From Chiloscyllium plagiosum (Eukaryota): a stretch of DNA of 64,000 nt. The translations under genes and the position numbers were made by a program. The stretch spans positions 21,696,287-21,760,286 of the forward strand of contig NC_057742.1 in the NCBI RefSeq assembly GCF_004010195.1. Direction: 5' to 3'. Of the stretch, positions 54,601-64,000 are shown one piece after another; position 1 is the stretch's first letter, and every line of letters begins with the position of its first letter. Below the pieces are notes generated by a model, which saw only the letters and a program-made list of their open reading frames with translations, searched no databases and had not been told where the DNA came from.

Positions 54601-55506
54601 AACTCCCAGGTTAACTGAAAATTAATGACCTTACACGTTCTCCATTGCATTCACTTTTGTTTACACTGCAGTTTAGTTCGTGTAAGCAGATGCAATGATT
54701 GCATTATTTTTGCAAAATGGGTAGCTATCCAAAACAGGCTTTTTAATTTCCAAGTCAATGATTGTGTGCTCCTAATGGCTTCAAGCAATAAACCCCTAAA
54801 AGCCAAGTAGCAGAGTTTTGTTTGATAACTATTTTGATGACCAATGGATGGGAAAAGGTCCAAAATTTTAAATCTGCAGCAGTGCGCAAAACATGTAAAC
54901 ATTTATCATGGGAGCGAAATTTCGAAACATTAAACTTGATATGACTTTGGCAATTACTTTCCAGACACACAAAAACAACTGCCTGCACGTTTCCATAAAC
55001 GAGCCCTCTGCTCAATAGCGTGCTAAAAATCAACTCCATTAAACATTAAATGCTTCAGATAAAAGCAGAATGGGGGATAGGGGCAGCACTTCACTAATAC
55101 CCTTCCACACACAAAAAAACAAATTGATCAAACTCATCGTGCGTCTCTGACAGGGCGAGCTGAGTTGGCAGAGATTTGTTACCAGACAATATTACTTCCC
55201 CCCCCCCCCCAAAAAAAAAGCTCGAACCTGAATTGGGGAAGACTAGCTGCCCTTACAGTACTCTCCAACCCCCCGCCGCCCTCACCTCCATTAGCTGGGG
55301 AGGGGAGGGTGGTATGGACAAGGCAACCCAAGCTCCTCACAAACAAGCCTGGTTACCTCCAATAACCCCAAATTAAAAATACACTCACCAAAATCCAAAA
55401 ACTGCTTAATGGAGAGCGGGGACGGCGAGAATTTGGAAAAATGGTCGATATGTTTTGGTACGTTGGCCAGGGCCGAGTTCTTCATAAGGAAGCGAACGAA
55501 TTTCAT
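33466..55506 (-). CDS. PDK2: Pyruvate dehydrogenase kinase isozyme 2, mitochondrial; spliced gene span, 11 coding exons (118,142,72,185,90,78,74,99,111,114,144 nt = 1227 nt, 408 aa)
   Basis: Exons join in frame with GT-AG introns. N-terminus [40 protein letters not shown] and [20 protein letters not shown] are PDK2-type. GHKL N-box [10 protein letters not shown]1 DKGGG, G2 GFGYG and the C-terminal DW motif are all present. Confidence 0.95.
35830..37610 (+). mobile_element. CR1 LINE RT fragment in PDK2 intron 10
   Basis: [27 protein letters not shown] and LEYC.LLW.P remnants. Confidence 0.85.
37965..38185 (+). mobile_element. Deu-domain-like SINE (SacSINE1-like) remnant
   Basis: ggttgtgggttcaaaccacactc ... 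aaatcccatggcac ... ggctaatatttacccctc resembles the DeuSINE layout as recalled; not searched. Confidence 0.5.
38328..38441 (-). CDS. PDK2: PDK2 coding exon 10
   Basis: [38 protein letters not shown]; CAG/GTGAA boundaries. Confidence 0.96.
38570..38680 (-). CDS. PDK2: PDK2 coding exon 9
   Basis: [37 protein letters not shown]; CAG/GTATG boundaries. Confidence 0.95.
38950..39048 (-). CDS. PDK2: PDK2 coding exon 8
   Basis: [33 protein letters not shown]; GTGAA donor. Confidence 0.95.
40333..40406 (-). CDS. PDK2: PDK2 coding exon 7
   Basis: (V)[24 protein letters not shown]; CAG acceptor, GTAAG donor. Confidence 0.94.
40500..42200 (+). mobile_element. Nested CR1 fragments in PDK2 intron 6
   Basis: QGSVLGP..F..YIN.LD and ADDTKIG remnants; CR1 3' end tcctaattctgctcct...tcttatggtc. 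Confidence 0.85.
42494..42571 (-). CDS. PDK2: PDK2 coding exon 6
   Basis: (D)[25 protein letters not shown]; CAG acceptor, GTAAA donor. Confidence 0.94.
43109..43394 (+). mobile_element. HE1-like V-SINE
   Basis: tRNA head gtggcacagtggttagcactgctgcctcacag, V-domain gagtttgcacattctcccc, (taatc)n tail. Confidence 0.88.
44150..44755 (+). mobile_element. CR1 3' fragment in intron 5
   Basis: LVRPH.EYCVQF.SPYLRK remnant. Confidence 0.75.
44891..44980 (-). CDS. PDK2: PDK2 coding exon 5
   Basis: (T)[29 protein letters not shown](D); AAG acceptor, GTATG donor. Confidence 0.95.
45100..45645 (+). mobile_element. CR1 3' fragment in intron 4
   Basis: AVQRRS, RLDRLDL and LIETYKIL remnants. Confidence 0.7.
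45743..45927 (-). CDS. PDK2: PDK2 coding exon 4
   Basis: [30 protein letters not shown]...[23 protein letters not shown]; GTAAG donor. Confidence 0.96.
46405..46670 (+). mobile_element. Degenerate HE1/V-SINE
   Basis: ttagcattgctgccttacagc...ggttcgaatcc...ggagtttgcacattctc. Confidence 0.75.
47128..47199 (-). CDS. PDK2: PDK2 coding exon 3
   Basis: [23 protein letters not shown]; AG/GTATG boundaries; 72 nt. Confidence 0.95.
49152..49356. mobile_element. Young palindromic family A mini-element in PDK2 intron 2 with ~15-bp TSD
   Basis: ~80-bp near-perfect inverted arms. TSD atttatataaataag at 49137-49151 and 49357-49371. Intact hammerhead core at 49233-49260. Confidence 0.92.
49233..49260 (+). 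ncRNA. Minimal hammerhead ribozyme motif (PLE-type), best family A copy
   Basis: CTGAAGA-A-GGGC-TTAT-GCCT-GAAA-CG-TC: conserved core, 4-bp stem II, palindromic ACGT in place of stem III, GUC site. Confidence 0.7.
49708..49849 (-). CDS. PDK2: PDK2 coding exon 2
   Basis: TAG acceptor; (G)[46 protein letters not shown](W); GTGAG donor. Confidence 0.96.
51940..53590 (+). mobile_element. Penelope-like (Poseidon-type) retroelement, degraded RT plus GIY-YIG endonuclease, in PDK2 intron 1 within a CR1 3' end
   Basis: [37 protein letters not shown] and [23 protein letters not shown]. Short inverted terminal copy at 51940-52000. Confidence 0.9.
53471..53512 (+). ncRNA. Minimal hammerhead ribozyme motif, family C
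   Basis: CTCA-CTGATGA-G-GTTACC-GAGCAT-GGTGAT-GAAA-TG-TC-TGAG: stem I CTCA/TGAG, 6-bp stem II with G-U pairs. Confidence 0.6.
54151..54418 (-). mobile_element. HE1-like V-SINE (young), apparently inserted in a short tRNA-SINE
   Basis: Near-identical reverse complement of the 62708-63022 element. Confidence 0.9.
55389..55506 (-). CDS. PDK2: PDK2 coding exon 1 (start codon, mitochondrial targeting region)
   Basis: ATG at 55506; [10 protein letters not shown]...KQFLDF-G; donor GTGAGT follows at 55388. Confidence 0.96.
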
Positions 55507-55900
55507 ATTTGCTGTTGCTGCAGCTGCAGCTGTTATTGCAGCAGTATCCTCCTCTAAGGACTCACTCCGCCCTCACTGTCCCTTCTACTGTGGGCTTGCT
55601 CTCTCCCTCTCTACCCCCGCGGTGTCGGTGTCACTGTCCCCCCTCCACCCGGAGTCCCCCTCGGACACTGTCCCCCTACACCCGGGGCCTCGCGCTCGCT
55701 CTCTCTCTCACACACACTGCCCGCTATACCCACAGCTCTCGCGCTCGCTCTCTCTCTCTAATGAATCCCGGTGCTCGAGCCACAAGCTGAATAACAGACA
55801 GCCGCTCCACCAATCAGCAGCCTTCTCCGCGTCTGAGTGACGTAATCACGCCACGCCATCAACGTCTCTCCCTGGCGCGAGGTTTGTTGTTCTTCTTGGA
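55507..55900 (-). promoter_or_regulatory. PDK2 CpG-rich 5' UTR/promoter with CCAAT box, CRE-like and SRE-like motifs
   Basis: Only CpG-dense unique region in the window, directly upstream of the ATG. CCAATCA 55810-55816, TGACGTAA 55838-55845, ATCACGCCAC 55845-55854. Confidence 0.7.
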
Positions 55901-56009
55901 TTGTCCTCCCTTCCCTCGCTAACCCTCCCCCTTCATTCCATCTTCTCCTGCCCCCACTTTCTATCTGCTTCGTTTCTCCCCATCACACTTAATCTCCCAA
56001 CCCCTAGCG

Positions 56010-56285
56010 AGGTTAAGAGTCAACCACATCGCTGTGGGTCTGGAGTCACGTGTAGGCCAGACCAGGTAAGGATGGCAGATTTCCTCCCCGAAAGGACATT
56101 AGTGAACCGGATGGCTTTTTCCGACAATGGATTCATGGTCATCATTAGACTCTTAAACCCAGAGTTTTATTGAATCCATAATTCCCCCATCTGCTGTGAT
56201 GGGATTTGAACTGGGGTCCCCAGAACTTTTCCTGATTTAATGGATTAGCTTTCCAGCAATAATACCACCAGCCCATTGCCTCCCC
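56010..56285 (-). mobile_element. Shark SINE next to the PDK2 promoter
   Basis: ggttaagagtcaaccacatcgctgtgggtctggagtcac...gggatttgaactggggtcccc; related to the 25600 element. Confidence 0.6.
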
Positions 56286-56325
56286 TCACACTCACTCCTT
56301 ACACACTCACTATGGTGAACACAGG

Positions 56326-56405
56326 GTGACTCCCTCCCCTCACTCTCCCCCTGTCAGTGTGACTCCCTCCCCTCACGCTCCTACTGTCAGTGTGACTCCC
56401 TCCCC
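56326..56405. repeat. 33-bp tandem repeat, about 2.5 copies
   Basis: gtgactccctcccctcacnctccnnctgtcagt repeated. Confidence 0.8.
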
Positions 56406-57599
56406 ACCTACAGACCCTGACAATACCTGGTTAGTAAACCTTTTGATGTTATCAACTGGAAAGTATTTCCATAACTGTCTTGAGACAAGCCCCTTCAAAA
56501 TATTTTGATGCAGTGGTTCACAACATAGAGGCTATTTGGTATTTCCCTCTTGTTTAATCCCAGTCTCAAAAATGCTTTGTCGAAATCAATTTCACTTTGT
56601 GAATTCCTGCTTCAGGCAAGCACTCAATCTTGATATAAGCAAGAATGTTTTAACTCAAATTTAATGCATCAAGTACTTGAGTACATTAATATTTCTTCTT
56701 TTAATTTCAGCAATGAACTACTATATGCTGTGGAAGACTAATTCTGTTCAGTTGATACCAGTGAGTGGATAACCTATTTTTGGAATACTAATTCATTTGA
56801 TACTATTTTTGTTCTCGATGAAAGTTTAAAATAAAAGCTACAAGGGCTAGTATATAAATAAAATTGTTTATCTTTCTGCAATCTTTTGAAACATCAAATT
56901 GCATTTAGTAAACTAAATACAGCACTGCTTTATTACATCATGACCTCGTGCTAGTACATATGGTATTTAGTTTCAAATTCTACATGATATGATGCAGCAC
57001 TTCACTTAAATGGTACATTAGATCAGGGAGAATGGTTTTCATGTCAGTTTTCTGCAAGTAAGCGAGTTCATCATCATCCTGTAGACAATATCACTGAATG
57101 GAATAAATTTTCTGAAAAATGGGAGCAAGTAAGGTGATCTTTTTCATGAAGATAGGACTTTAAAAGATGGCTTTGTTTTTAATGGTCTCTTCATTTAAAG
57201 TGAAGTAGAATGGTCTGGATGGGGTCATGGTGATTTATTAACTCTGCCCAAATGGATTCAAATACATCAGGAATAAGATAGAACAGAGATAATAGATCTT
57301 CTGCATTCTGCAGTAGCAAGTGACACAATGTAATCACTACAAAATGGCAGTGATTCGAGCATCAAACAACGTAAACATAAGAATGGATAGAAATGCCATG
57401 CAGAACATTGGATCTTCGACCCTTAGTACCAGATGGAACAGTTTATGCTGCGAAAACTGTAGAAGTGTGCAGGATCCAGTTTATGCTGCGAAAATTGTAG
57501 AAGTGTATATCAATTGAACATTTACTTGCAGGTAACCGTAGGTCTCATAGGCATACATAGTCATTAAGGGGTTCGAGCTTATTAACATGACTTTCAGTT

Positions 57600-59790
57600 C
57601 CTCCTGCCCACATGACTAAAAATGCATAACATTAGGGGTCAGGCAAAGATAGGGTTGGTCCTAGAAATTAGAATCCTAATCGCTATGGAAGAAGAGACTG
57701 TGGAACTGACAAGGAGGTTGGTGGCCAATCCATTGCTGATATTAAAGCTAGAATATCAATGACGATATTTACAGCCTGCTTTTCAAAACTGGGCATAAGG
57801 ATTCAGACATGGTACGATGATGTGGAAAGAGAATGTCCATAACCATTAGTTAATTTTTGTTATGCAGCTACTTAATCATGATAAATGGAAATAAACAATC
57901 TGCAGCAAGCCCAACCTTTGCCTCCGAGGATAAAACAAACCAGGAGGAATTACACCATCACATCATTATCCTGCACTCTCTACCAATGTAGAGACATTCA
58001 GTTCAGTGGTTATGATTTCACAGATAAACTTGAGGTCATAATTTAGTGAAGGTACCACTAAGATATCCCCATACCTGAGGGCCCCAGTAATCAGAGGGTA
58101 TTTTGAAACCAGGTCCATGTTTAGACCCAATTCTGGAAACAGTTGTAAGATACTTCATAAAGAAGCAAATACTGTTAGGGGAACAGCTCGTAGAGATGTG
58201 GGGAGGCCATGCACAACCTTGAGAAAATGTTGAATAAGTCCATTTGTGTCCACAGTTCTGTCGTTCCAGTACCTGAGAACATGGCATACTTTCTGGTACA
58301 GTTAGTGACCATCAGGGAGTGTCTAGCACAGCATTCAGTGCTGCCATATTCCGCCACGGGGTTTAAACAAAAGTGACTTGGTTATGAAAGGGCGAAGCAC
58401 CTTGATCTCTCTCCAGGCTGCCCAACTCCATCTGACATCTGTGAGATGCAACATGCACCAGAGAGGATCCATGGGTGAGCTACTGCTCCTCCTTCACTCT
58501 CCCAGTGACCTCATCATCGACAGTAGGTGAAGCTGAAGTTGGTGCAACTGCACATATACAGGAAACCCCTCAGCAGGCTGAAGATCTAAGCCTGAGCCAT
58601 TGGATGATGAAAGTCAAGGTCATCTCAGGTAGTGGGACAAAGCAATCAACAGGCTGCTTCCAACTCATTTGCGGATGTAAGGATAACCATCAAAACATAG
58701 TATTGGAAAAGTAAGATAAAAAAAACTAATAGCTCAAAGTGTTGATTTTTTCCATGAATATTATATGTCATATAAATGTATAGTTTAAATTATTTTATTC
58801 ATGTATGTTGAATGGAATTGTTATTATGTTAACAGTTGTACAAATTGATAGGTACACTTAAGGACATGACGCAAATGGACAATCAATGATGGCGCTATGG
58901 AAATATCAATCATTGTGTAAAATCTGAAGTGGTGGGATCTCAAAATCATCTAGTTCAGATTTCACTTTTGCGTAACCTTTCTCAAGCCAGAGTTTAGAAA
59001 CCAACTGGCAAGCCAGCAGGCACTTTTCATCAGTTTATCATCCATCAAAGGCTAATATCTAAATAGCTTCTGTAGTTGTGACATTGTTGTATTTCAGGTG
59101 ACTGCATGAATGTAAAGAGTTTCTACAAAGCATTGAGACATACAAAGCATGCGAGGGAATCTGCAGCACTCTTCCTTCTGGGTACTAGAGGTCACAGATT
59201 GGTCCAAACGAAATATGCCAGATCCATAGACATTTTCATCACAACATTTGTTGGAGGTAAGATCGGACATTGGGCAAGATCATTCTATCTGGCATCTTCC
59301 ATTGACATTGCATCAGCAGTATAGCTATGTCATACACTCCCTTAGACTCTTTACCTTCCTCACTTGAAGAGACATCCAGCTGCTCCATCTCCCTGTTGGA
59401 CAATTTCATATCCTTTTGTTGCATAGGAATTTGGAGGGTGCTGCAAGTCATAATGATTCATGAGAATCTGAGATGTACTCTAATGCTCCACTGAAGTGAG
59501 CCAAGCAGTGGAACCTAATCTTCAGTGTTCCAGTGTTGCCTTCAAGCCATAGGAGGCATTGAACGTATACTCTTAAGGCTTTTTGGAATCTGCATAGTTG
59601 TCATGAGCCAGATCTTCACAGGGTACTCCTTTTTCCAAAGAGCATCCCTCATAATTGTTGAGGGAAGCAAGCAGTTGTGGCACCTGAGTATGACAGAAAG
59701 TAGGAGAGACAATTGGAAAGCAAGCGCATCTGCTGGGCTTGTTCGTGGTGGTCACTCAAGAACAGCACATATTTTCTCCCAATCATTTAA
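57600..59790. mobile_element. Fossil PIF/Harbinger DNA transposon: transposase remnant (minus) and possible Myb/SANT partner remnant (plus)
   Basis: Minus 59300-59780 reads, across frameshifts, GKKEYPVKIWLMT...FNASY...LKIRFHCL..SGALEY...IIMTCSTL (cf. DDE_Tnp_4 GDxGYPLxxWLMTP..FN..H..LKxRFRCL..GGxLxY..CCxLHN). Plus ~57627 reads HNIRGQAKIG...IRILIAMEEETVEL. Confidence 0.6.
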
Positions 59791-59839
59791 TTCATGATGA
59801 CCACAAAATGATTCCAAACAACTCATAGTACAACACATA

Positions 59840-62690
59840 TTGTTAGGGCTTGGATGGAGAGGAATTTGTTACGTTTTTGCAAGAAAATGTTCTTATTAGT
59901 ATGTGGATATACATACTGGAGAAGGTATAAAACATGACCTACTCTTGGGAAATACGGCATGGTAGGTGACCAAGCTATTAATAGGGCAAGTGATCATAAT
60001 TCTAGTAGTTTTAAAATAGTGATGGAAAAGAATAGACAGGATCTAAAATTTGAAGGTATAAACTGGAGGAAGGCCAATTTTGATTGTATTAAGCAAGAAC
60101 TTTCAAAAGTTGATTGGGGGCAGATGTTCATAGGTAAAGGTGCAGCCAGAAAATCGAAAGCTTTCAAAAATGAGACAAGAGTCCAGAGACAATATTTTTC
60201 TGTTAGAGTGAAGGGCAAGGCTGATAGGTGTGAGGAATGCCGGATGACAAGAGAAATTGAGTTTTTGGTTAAGATAAGAAGGAAGCATATGTCAGGTATT
60301 GACAGCAGAGTTCAAGTGAATCCCTCAAAGAGTATAAAGGCAATTGTTATATACTTAGGAGGGAAATCAGAAGGGCAAAAAGGGGGCATGAGTTAGCTTT
60401 GGCAAATAGAATTAAGGAGAATCCAAAGGATGTTACAAATACATTAAGAATAAAAGGCTAACTCGGGAGAGAATAGGGCCCCTTAATGATCAGCAAGACC
60501 ACCTATATGTGGAACCGCAGGAGATCGAGGAGATACTAAATAAGTATTTTGCATCAGTGTTTATTATGGAGAAGGATATGGAAGCTAGAGAACTGAGTGG
60601 GAAAATAAATAGCGACATCTTGAAAAATGTCCATAGTACAGAGGAAGTGGTGCTGGATGCATCAGGGTGGATAAATCCCTTGGACTTGATCAGGTATAAG
60701 CTGAAAAATGTGTTGCTGGAAAAGCGCAGCAGGTCAGGCAGCATCCAAGGAGCAGGAGGAAATGAGGAAGCTGGAGAAATCTGCATTCATCCCTTGTGAT
60801 TAGAGGGTTCCTAAGCGGAAGATGAGGCGCTCTTCCTCCAGGCGTCGTGTTGCCATGGTCTGGCAATGGAGGAGGCCAAGGACCTGCAAGTCCTTGGCAG
60901 AGTGGGAGGGGGAGTTAAAGTGTTCCGCCACGGGGTGGTTGGGTTGGTTGGTGCGGGTCACCATCACCTTAACCTCCTTCCACCTATCGCATTCCCAACG
61001 CTCCTCCCCCACGTCCCTTCTCCCTACCTTTTATCTTAGCCTGCTTGGCACACCTTCCTCATTCCTGAAGAAGGGCTTATGCCCGAAACATTGATTCTCC
61101 TGCTCCTTGGATGCTGCCTGACCTGCTGCGCTTTTCCAGCAACACATTTTTCAGCTCTGATCTCCAGCATTTGCAGTCCTCACTTTCTCCTACTTGATCA
61201 GGTGTACCCTAGAATTCTGTAGGAAGCTAGGGAAGTGATTGCTGGGCCCCTTGTTGAGATATTTATATCATCGATAGCCGCAGGTGAGGTGCTGGAAAAC
61301 TGGATGTTGGCTAACATGGTGTCGCTATTTAAGAAAGGTGTAAGGAAAAGCCAGGGTACTATAGACCGGTGAGCCTGGCATCAGTGTTAGGCAAGTTGTT
61401 GGAGGGAATCCTGAGGGACAGGGCTTACATGTATATGGAAAGGCAAGGACTGATTAGGGATAGTCAATGTAGCTTTGTGTCTGGGAAATTGTGTTTCACT
61501 AACTGGATTGAGTTTTTTGAAGAAGTAACAAAGAGGATTGGTGAGGGTAGAGCGGTGAATGTGATCTATATTGACTTCAGTAAGGCAATCAACAAGATTC
61601 ATCATGGTAGACAGGTTAGCAAGATTAGATCTCGTGGAATACAGAGAGTACTGGTTCAAAGGTAGCAGACAGAGGATGGTGGTGGTGGGTTTCTTTTCAG
61701 ACTGGAGACCTGTGATCAGTGGTATGCCACAAGGATCACTGCCAGAGCCACTCCTTTTCATCATTAATATAAATGATTTGGATGTCAACCTAGGAGATAT
61801 GGTTAGTAAGTTTGCAGATGACGCCAAATTGGAGCTAAACTGGACAGCAAAGAAGGTTACCTCAGAGTACACCAGAATCTTGATCATATGGGGCAATGGG
61901 CTGATGAATAGCAGATGAAGTTTAATTTAGATAAATGATAGGTGCTGCATTTTGCAAAGACAAATTAGAAGTAATATCCTTAATGGTAAGGTCCTGGGAG
62001 TGTTGCTGAACAGAGACATTGGAGTGCAGGTTCATAGCTCCTTGAAAGTGGAGGCGCAGGCAGTTAGAATAGTAGAGAAAACATTTGGTATGCTTGCCTG
62101 TATTTGTCAGTGCATTGAGTATAGGAGTTGAGAGGTCATGTTGCAACTGTACAGGATATTCGTTAGGCCATTATTGGAACACTGTGTGCAATTCTGGTCT
62201 CCCTGCTTTAGAAAGGGTGTTGTGAAACTTAAAAGAGTTCAGAAAAGACTTACAAGGATGTTTCCAGGGTTGGAGGGTTTGAGCTATAGGGAGAGGCTGA
62301 ATAGACTGGGGCTATTTTCCCTGGAGTGTCGGAGGCTGAGGAGTGACCTTATATAAAATCATGGGAGGCATGGATAGGGTAAATAGACATCTTTTTCCCG
62401 GGGTGGGGGAGTCCAAAACTAGAGAGCATAGTTTTAACGTGAGAGTGGAAAGACTTAAAAGGGATCTAAGGGGCAACTTTTTCACACAGAGGGTTGTGCA
62501 TGTATGGAATGAGTTGCCAGAGGAAGTGGTGGAGACATTTAAAAGACATCTGAATGGGTATATGAATAAGAAGAGTTTAGAGGGATGTGGGCCAAATGCT
62601 GGCAAATGGGACTAGATTCATTTGGGATATCTTATTGATATGGACACGTTGGACCAAAGAGTATGTTTCTGTGCTGTATATCTCTATGAA
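59840..62690 (+). mobile_element. CR1 LINE ORF2 remnant (endonuclease C-terminus through RT to 3' tail)
   Basis: SDHNS, NWRKANF, LNKYFASVF, GYYRPVSLASV, DFSKA, GMPQGS, FADDAKL, RPLLEHCVQFWSP. Confidence 0.93.
60696..61191. mobile_element. Neptune-type Penelope fragment with family A inverted termini, 12-bp TSD
   Basis: Minus ORF HPVAEHFNSPSH...LEEERLIFRLGTL. TSD acttgatcaggt at 60684-60695 and 61192-61203. Hammerhead core at 61065-61092. Confidence 0.88.
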
Positions 62691-62692
62691 TA

Positions 62693-63022
62693 GCAGCACG
62701 GTGGCACGGGCGGCACGGTGGCGCAGTGGTTAGCACTGCTGCCTCGCAGCGCCAGAGACCCGGGTTCAATTCCCGACTCAGGCGACTGACTGTGTGGAGT
62801 TTGCACGTTCTCCCCGTGTCTGCGTGGGTTTCCTCCGGGTGCTCCGGTTTCCTCCCACAGTCCAAAGATGTGCAGGTTAGGTGAATTGGCCATACTAAAT
62901 TGCCCGTAGTGTTAAGTAAGGGGTAAATGTAGGGGTATGGGTGGGTTTCGCTTCGGCGGGTCGGTGTGGACTTGTTGGGCCTAAGGGCCTGTTTCCACAC
63001 TGTAATCTAATCTAATCTAATC
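62693..63022 (+). mobile_element. Full-length HE1-like V-SINE
   Basis: ggcggcacggtggcgcagtggttagcactgc (A box), gggttcaattccc (B box), V-domain, (taatc)4 tail. Confidence 0.92.
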
Positions 63023-64000
63023 GAATGTATGACATTCAATCAATTGCTTCTTCTACCTCTGGAAATCCAGTGATGATGTAGCATCTGACCAATTGGCTTT
63101 GAATCTGCTTTTCACAAATTTGTTGGCTCTTCTGAACAAGGCATTAATTACCTCCTTAATATATCTGTGCATAGTTAATTATAAGATGCTACCCATCCTC
63201 ATTGGAGCCCTGGAATGAACTGGTGATTTTGAAATTAAATCCTTTAATTACTCTGAAATTTGTTGAAATTAAATTACCTCCCAATTCATAAGGAAAAATA
63301 TCTTCCAGAAGCAGCTGAATAACAGAATCCTTTGACATCGCTGACATTTGCACGTTGTTGCTATGCCAACCGTATATTCAACTACATAGCAATCAGCAAC
63401 CAAACATTGTTATAATCATGACTTCTGCTGGTTCCCTTTTGTTGACATTCCTGGCATATTTTATGCAAAGTACTTTGTCACATTTTGTTAGTTTTTCTCT
63501 AGATTCATCATAGCTAGCAGAAGCACTGGGTGTACTTTTACCCATCTTCTCTGTCTGAGGTGAAATGCAGACAAAAAGCTAAGATCTGGTTAGCATAGTC
63601 TTTATTGCCTCCGTCCTTATGAGAACTTTTGACCAATGGTGAACCCTATACTTTATAACAACAGTATCCTGGTCTCAACTACACTATTATGCACTCTCCG
63701 TCCTCAATATGTACTCCCTGGCATTTGGGCCCATCATCTGTTACGCTAGACTCTCAGGACCTTGTCATTGTCCTTCTTTCTGTAACTCTGGCTCTTCTGA
63801 CATTCATGCTTGTAATAGATGGTCATCGTCCCTGTGTACTTCAGCTTCCAAGTTCCTCATTCTGCTCCTACATGTTTTTGTAGATCCACCACAACTCACC
63901 TTACCTCCCTCAGCCAGCTATGATCTGATTTCAGTTCACTGCCAGCAGCAAATCTCAATGCAACAGTATCTTCTCTCTCATGATGCAAGAAAACATCCCA

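Noticed and set aside
33466-55506. Assignment as PDK1, PDK3 or PDK4
   Set aside because: The short N-terminus with a 118-nt first coding exon, the TLIFDGxTNPAHPK motif and YMYSTAPTP fit PDK2 best; a phylogeny would be decisive.
55409-55840. 143-aa plus-strand ORF overlapping PDK2 exon 1
   Set aside because: Antisense shadow of a GC-rich exon and UTR; low complexity, no recognisable domain.
57441-57506. Short 38-bp-period duplication (also an 18-bp one near 2316-2354)
   Set aside because: Ordinary local slippage duplications with no further structure.
62708-62780. tRNA gene
   Set aside because: A/B boxes are followed by a V-domain and LINE-like tail, so this is a SINE head. The same applies at 43109, 46405 and 54418.

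Overview
Eukaryotic (vertebrate) genomic DNA. The repeat content (HE1/V-SINEs, CR1 LINEs, abundant Penelope-like elements) points to a cartilaginous fish, probably a carpet/bamboo shark; this is inference from repeat style only. The one recognisable protein-coding gene is an intact pyruvate dehydrogenase kinase 2 (PDK2) on the minus strand. It has 11 coding exons from 55506 down to 33466, all with GT-AG introns, giving a 1227-nt CDS and a 408-aa protein. It has a CpG-rich promoter near 55.5-55.9 kb and a long AT-rich, repeat-poor 3' UTR region. The rest is mostly decayed mobile DNA: CR1 and L2-like LINE fragments, several SINE families, at least three Penelope-like (GIY-YIG) families, a fossil Harbinger transposon and a 46-bp minisatellite. 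The most striking hidden signal is more than a dozen minimal hammerhead-ribozyme motifs (CUGAnGA-n-stemII-GAAA-palindrome-UH). They fall into three sequence-unrelated families with different stem II sequences. Many sit in tiny, often palindromic, target-site-duplicated non-coding elements that look independently mobile. Also notable are a ~275-bp inverted duplication 3.2 kb apart and a muscle-type MEF2/TATA regulatory cluster with no visible gene. All coordinates were read by eye; repeat boundaries are approximate.
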